From: Cyanophora paradoxa CCMP329
Lineage: Eukaryota > Plantae > Glaucophyta
Reading direction: 5' to 3'
DNA: 64,000 bases
Assembly: GCA_004431415.1 (NCBI GenBank)
Contig: QPMI01000542.1
Span: 186,001 to 250,000 of the forward strand
Positions 59,082 to 64,000 of this stretch are shown here, in pieces. The translations under genes were made by a program, and so were the position numbers. The stretch's first letter is position 1; every line of letters starts with the position of its first letter. The notes beneath the pieces are model-generated. The model made no database searches and was not told the DNA's origin. It worked only from the letters and a program-made list of their open reading frames with translations.

Positions 59082-61186
59082 ATGGCGCGCGAGCGGGCAG
59101 CGAAGCGGGCGAGGGCGGGAGATGCTCCGGATCCGCGGCCGGCGGCAGGTCCGCGAGCCGCGGCAGGTCAGCGAGCTCGGGCCGCGTCCTCGCTTCTATG
59201 CGTTGCCCTTCGCTGACTTGCGTCGGCAGGAGGTGACACCATCTCCGCGGGCGCGTCGTTGCAATTGTCGAGCGCGGGCCCGGGTCTGCCGCGCGCGCCG
59301 GCCGCCGGGCGCGGTGGCCGCCGCCTACGCTAGTTTACCTCGCGATCCTCCGCAGCCTCGAGCTCCGCGGCGGCGCTCTCGCGCGTGGCGGCAGCAATGG
59401 CGGCCGGCGGCAGCCCGTTCGACGCGCTGCCAGACGAGCTCGTCACGCGCATCATCGGTGAGGCGTCGGAGTGGAGCTACATCGAGATCGGGTCAATAAC
59501 AGACTACTCTGGATCCCGTCGTTGCACCGATCAGGACCTCTGCGAGCTCGTGCGGCTCAGCCACGTCTCCCGCCGCTTCCGCAGCCTCGCCCAGCAGCCC
59601 AGCCTTTGGCGGCGCATGTACGTCGATCCAGCCAGCGATAAAGTTGTTGAAGCGCTTCTGAACCAGCCGAAAAAGCGCCGGGAAGCATTGCGCTCTCTTT
59701 TCCTGCAGGCAGAAGGAGCCGGATCTGGAATCCTGAGCGACGACTCTTTCATCAATTTGAGCAAATGTTTTTGCGAGCAGCTCACGCAGCTGAGCATGTC
59801 ATTCGACGATTCTATTCCCCCAGCCGTGCTGCATGCAATTCGGCATTTTTTGCGACTTGAGCAGGTATTATCACCTTCCCTCTATATATAGCTTCGAATT
59901 CCTCCTGTTGGTCTCAGTCGCACTCGATCGTAGTTATTCCTTGAGGGGGCTTCGGAAGATTGGCTGAAGAAAACTATTGGTGTGGTGTCTGGTCCGATCG
60001 TTCAGGGCGGTCTGCAAGCGTTAGCTTCGCTTCCATTACAGGCGTTAGAGCTGAGCCAGTGCGCCAATCCGCTGCTATACTGTTCGCGCTGCGCTTTCAT
60101 TCACTGCACTCATGATCAGCTTCGCGATGACCCTCGAGACCCTCCAAGCCATTGTTCCGCTGGCCCCTACTCTGAAGCGGCTGAAGTGCGGCGTCATTGT
60201 CAGCGAAGCTCTACTTCCCGTCTTCTTCTCGTCGATAGCTGCTTTCCAGCAGCTGGAACAGCTGATTATAGGTGGGCTTCGAATTAATGGTCGCCAGCTT
60301 ATACAACCCATGGGCTGTATCCGTTCGACCAACTACGCCTCTGCAGAAGTCTACAAGGAGGACGGCTCGGAACTCTGGCCACGCGCTTCTGAGGCGGATT
60401 TGCAGCCGCTCTCCGGCCTGTCATCTCTGCGCGGTGAGAGACTCGCGAAGTTGAATTGCCTCTCGCCTCACAACTGGATCTTCCCTCAGCATACGCCGTC
60501 TATGTGGATCACATGCACGCTGGATTCCTCAGCGGCATGCGGCAGCTGGACAACGTTTGTCTAAACATGAGGGGTCCAGTAGACATCTCGGTGCTCCTGC
60601 CCCATGCTGGCAGCCTCCGGCGTGCAATTTTCAACTATACAACCGCGGATCAAGCGGTGTCCACATCGTTCACCGCAGTTGCTTCAAAGCTGGCTGCGTT
60701 AGAAGTGAGCATCGCCCTGACGTTAATATCTTGTTTTCTTGTTTGCATGTGCTGCAGCTGCATGTAACTCTGACTACAGGAACTGATTCTCACGCTGCCA
60801 TCGAGGATCTACTCTGCCTTGGCTCATGATCAGCTCTCCCTGAAGCAGTGGACGAGTCTCAAGTCTGTCAATCTCGCGTGCACGGAGGCCAATTCTGCAA
60901 TTCCGGGCGCGTTCCTGAAGGTCAGCGATCGAATTCTCGACGCGTTCTGGTGCCGCGGGCTGATGTTCTGCTGCCGCAGCGTCTCGCCTCAGAAGTGCCC
61001 TCCCTCCAGACGCTCACTGTCCGCTCTCCGCTTCCCGTGAAGACCGCAGACGGACTCGTCGCCGTCGGCTCCCTCAATCGCCTCCGCCGCCTCGTGCTCG
61101 AGGGCGAGGCCCCCTCGGCTGCAGACGCCGACACGCGCAGCGCACTGCGCGGCGCCCTCCTTCACGTGCAGATTTCCTATGAGTAG
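59082..61186 (+). CDS. F-box/LRR protein, copy F (9 exons, apparently intact)
   Basis: Frame-consistent GT-AG model from MARERAAKRAR through the F-box (59356-59864) to VQISYE*. Confidence 0.9.
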
Positions 61187-61525
61187 CTCATAAACTTGAA
61201 GAAAGCTTCTTGTTGTGAAATGTTGTAGGCGCCCTCCTCCACGTGAAGATCTCGTACAAGTAGCTCATAGCTCAAGGCTTCGATCTAGATACGCGTAGTG
61301 CGTAGTCTCAGTCTTCGATGATTGCTCCCAGCGCTCGCCCCTAGGCCTGTCTGGCCAGCCATCGCTCCTTGAGGTCCTAAGCATGAAACAAACATAACCT
61401 GCTATCGATCCCACGCCTGCACCTCCTATCTACCCCTCTGCATAGCTTGGCGGCTAGGAACGGAGACGGCACAAAACTAAGCGGCATGGTAGCCGCCCGC
61501 GGCGCGGCGGCTGGGGCCGGGCGCT

Positions 61526-63098
61526 CTACTGGCCCACCCAGACCTACGGAGGAAGCGGCGTCGGTCCCGGCGGGGCGGCCGCGGCGTTCCGGGGAGGGCG
61601 AGAGCACAATCGAGTTCACTGGGCGGGGGTACACGATCAGGGTGGGGGTACCGCGTGAAAGGCCAGGCAGACGTACCGGGGCCCTTGTGGTCGTCCAGAG
61701 AGGCCAGCACGTCGACGGGCGCGTCAAGGTCCCACACCTGCGAGAAAGTGAGCGGGAGGGGGGTACGGCAGGCGCGAGGCGGGGGGTACCTTGATTGTCG
61801 AGTCGCGGGAGGCGGAGATGAGGAGACGCGGCTCGGCGGCCACCAGCAGCGACCTGGCGGGGGGTACGGCGTCGGCGGGGGGTACGGCGACAGGGGAGGG
61901 GCGCGGGGCGGGCGCACGAGATCCAGTCGGCGTGGGCGGCCATACGGGAGCGGGTCGCATGGAAGCCGTTCAGGTCCCACTGCTTGATCGACTGCGCCCC
62001 GCCCGTCAGCCCCGCCCCGCGCCCCGCCTCCTCCGTGTACCCCCGCCCGCGCACCTTGTCTCGGGAGCCGGAGAAGAGGGAGGTGGGGGTGAGGGCAAAG
62101 GCGTTCACGCCGTCCAGGTGCGGCGGGTGCAGCGTCTGCGGGACGAGGGGCGCGCTCAGCCGCAGGCCGGGGCCCCCGCTCCGGCCCGGGGGCCGCACCT
62201 TGCGCATCTCGAGGGTGGCCAGGTCCCACACCTTCGGGGCGGGGGGCGCCGGGTCAGGCGGCGAACGAAGCGGGCGCGAGGGGGGTACCTTGATCGAGTG
62301 ATCGCGGGAGCCGGAGAAGAGGTTCCGCCCGTTCGCCGCCAGCGAGAAGACCGTCGACTGCGGCGAAATGAGAGGAGGGTGGGGTAAGGGGGAGGGGAGG
62401 GGGGGACGAGAAGGGGTAAGGGAACGAACTTTGTGGCCGGTGAGGCTCTTGACTTGCGTCAGAGTCTCCTGCGACCAGACCCGAACCTGGAACGGGCAGG
62501 AGCCGCTGCGACGCCCCCGAGAGCTGCTCCGCCGAGTGCGGCGGCGTGACCGTCTGCTGCAAGAAAGAGAGTCAGTGCGCTGACCCCCAACCACCTCCCC
62601 ACCCTCGCCGGCTCGCCTCTGGGGGCCCGGGCGGTCCGCCAGAGACGCGCGCCGCGTGGTTCGCCGCGTCGATCTGCTGGAGCAGGAAGAGCAGCTTCTC
62701 CTCGTGCTCCTGCGGGGCGGCGTCAGCTCCTGGAGCCGTGGGGGCCCGGGACGTGTGAGGGCGCGCCTCCTCGAGGATCGTGAGGCGCTTGTCGTACTCG
62801 ACCTCGGCGATGTGCAGCTGCGGCGGGCGTCAGCAGATGCACAGCAGAAGCAAGAGAGAGCTCCAAAGAAGGGCGCGCGCATTGTTTGTCATGTCGTTAG
62901 GTCCGACGGTCTTCTGCGCATGCTCGGTGAATGTCTGCTGTAGCTTCGCTTACGCCGCGCCCGCCCGCGACTCTCCTGCAGGAACGGCAGCTCCGCCCGC
63001 GCCCGCGGCGCCGCCAACGCCGCCAGCGCGAGGACGAGGGCCGCCATCGCCGCGAGCGACCGCCCCACGCTTGGGCGAAGCGAGCGGCCGCGCTCCAT
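61526..63098 (-). pseudogene. Chimera: GT41 signal-peptide start, coiled-coil exons and last WD40 repeats
   Basis: MERGRSLRPS..AELPFLQE, LHIAEVEYDKRLTILEE, then VRVWSQETLTQ..PPHLDGV..VWVGQ*; large internal deletion. Confidence 0.72.
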
Positions 63099-63597
63099 GC
63101 GCTCCGATACACGACGCGCTCCTCCTCGCGGCCTCGGGACCGCCCGCTCGGGCCGCGCGAGCCGCAGCTATCGACTCGCCGCGGGGACATGTGTGTGCTG
63201 TGGCCGCAGCTTATGTATGGATACCGCTCGAGTGCGGTTTGAGCGCTCGCGCCTACGCACGCGCCTATACGCACGCGCGGCCCGCTTCGAGACGGTCGCC
63301 TGCGCTGCGAGTTCGCCGGCGATTCGCCGCACCGCAACGTTCAACGGAAATCTCGAAGAGAAGCTGGCTGGGACGCGTCTTTGGCAGTGTACCCGTTGGA
63401 CCGGCTTGGTCCCGCCACGAGCGCGCCGCCCGGTCCGCGGCCCGGAGCGAGCCCGGGCAGGGAGAGCCACAGAGCCGCTGACCGCTCATTAAGGTGAGCT
63501 GTTTGGGCGAAGTTTGAGTCGCCTGCCCGCCGCTCTTACAGGACGTTCTGACGAGAGCCGCAGGGACTCGCAAGCGTTTGAAGTGCCCTTGTGGTAG

Positions 63598-64000
63598 ATG
63601 GCGCGCGAACGCGCGGCGAAGCGGGCGAGGGCCGGAGATGCGTCGCCGGCAGGTCAGCAAGGTCGATCGACGCGCGAGCTTGAGCCGCGCCCCCGCGTCT
63701 CTGCGCGGTCCTTCTATGCGTTTTCCTTCGTTGACTCGCGTGGGCAGCCTCCGCGGCGGCGCTTTCGCGCGTGGCGGCGGTGATGGCAGCCGGCGGCAGC
63801 CCGTTCGACGCGCTGCCCGACGAGCTCGTCGCGCGCATCATCGGCCATGCGTCAGAGTGGAGCTATGTGGAGACGGGGTCAATCGAAGAGTACTCTGGCT
63901 CCCGTCGTTGCACCGATCAGATTCTCGGCAAGCTCGTGCGGCTCAGCCACATCTCCCGCCGTTTCCGCAGCCTCGCCCAGCAGCCCAGCCTCTGGGAGCG
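63598..64000 (+). CDS. F-box/LRR protein, copy G (runs off window)
   Basis: MARERAAKRARAG exon, then MAAGGSPFDALPDELVARII..LSHISRRFRSLAQQPSLW. Confidence 0.85.

Overview
GC-rich eukaryotic genomic DNA with many short (about 50-90 nt) spliceosomal introns, most consistent with an alga or protist; the organism is not identified. I found no rRNA, tRNA or CRISPR. 1-13.3 kb is a cluster of transposable elements: a hairpin-rich 2.4-kb repeat unit, a truncated APE-type non-LTR retrotransposon, a complete non-autonomous CACTA element (42-bp TIRs, ATT target-site duplication), a minisatellite, and a DIRS-like element with intact gag and decayed RT. 13.5-26.2 kb holds a large secreted-protein gene, a broken DUF4062-NTPase-TPR (NLR/NPHP3-like) gene and a small PSI-domain gene. 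From about 24 kb to the end is a duplication and exon-shuffling hotspot built from three genes: at least 7 F-box/LRR paralogues with hypervariable beta-strand residues, a signal-peptide-bearing HMW1C-type GT41 glycosyltransferase, and the motorless coiled-coil/WD40 tail of a KIF21-like kinesin-4. They form a repeated cassette whose orientation flips near 58 kb. Two window-wide signals stand out: a stereotyped 6-bp insertion X -> X.rc(X).X (X = 3-mer) that separates paralogous copies at many sites, and a high fraction of GC-AG introns. All exon models and family calls are by-eye inferences without database searches.
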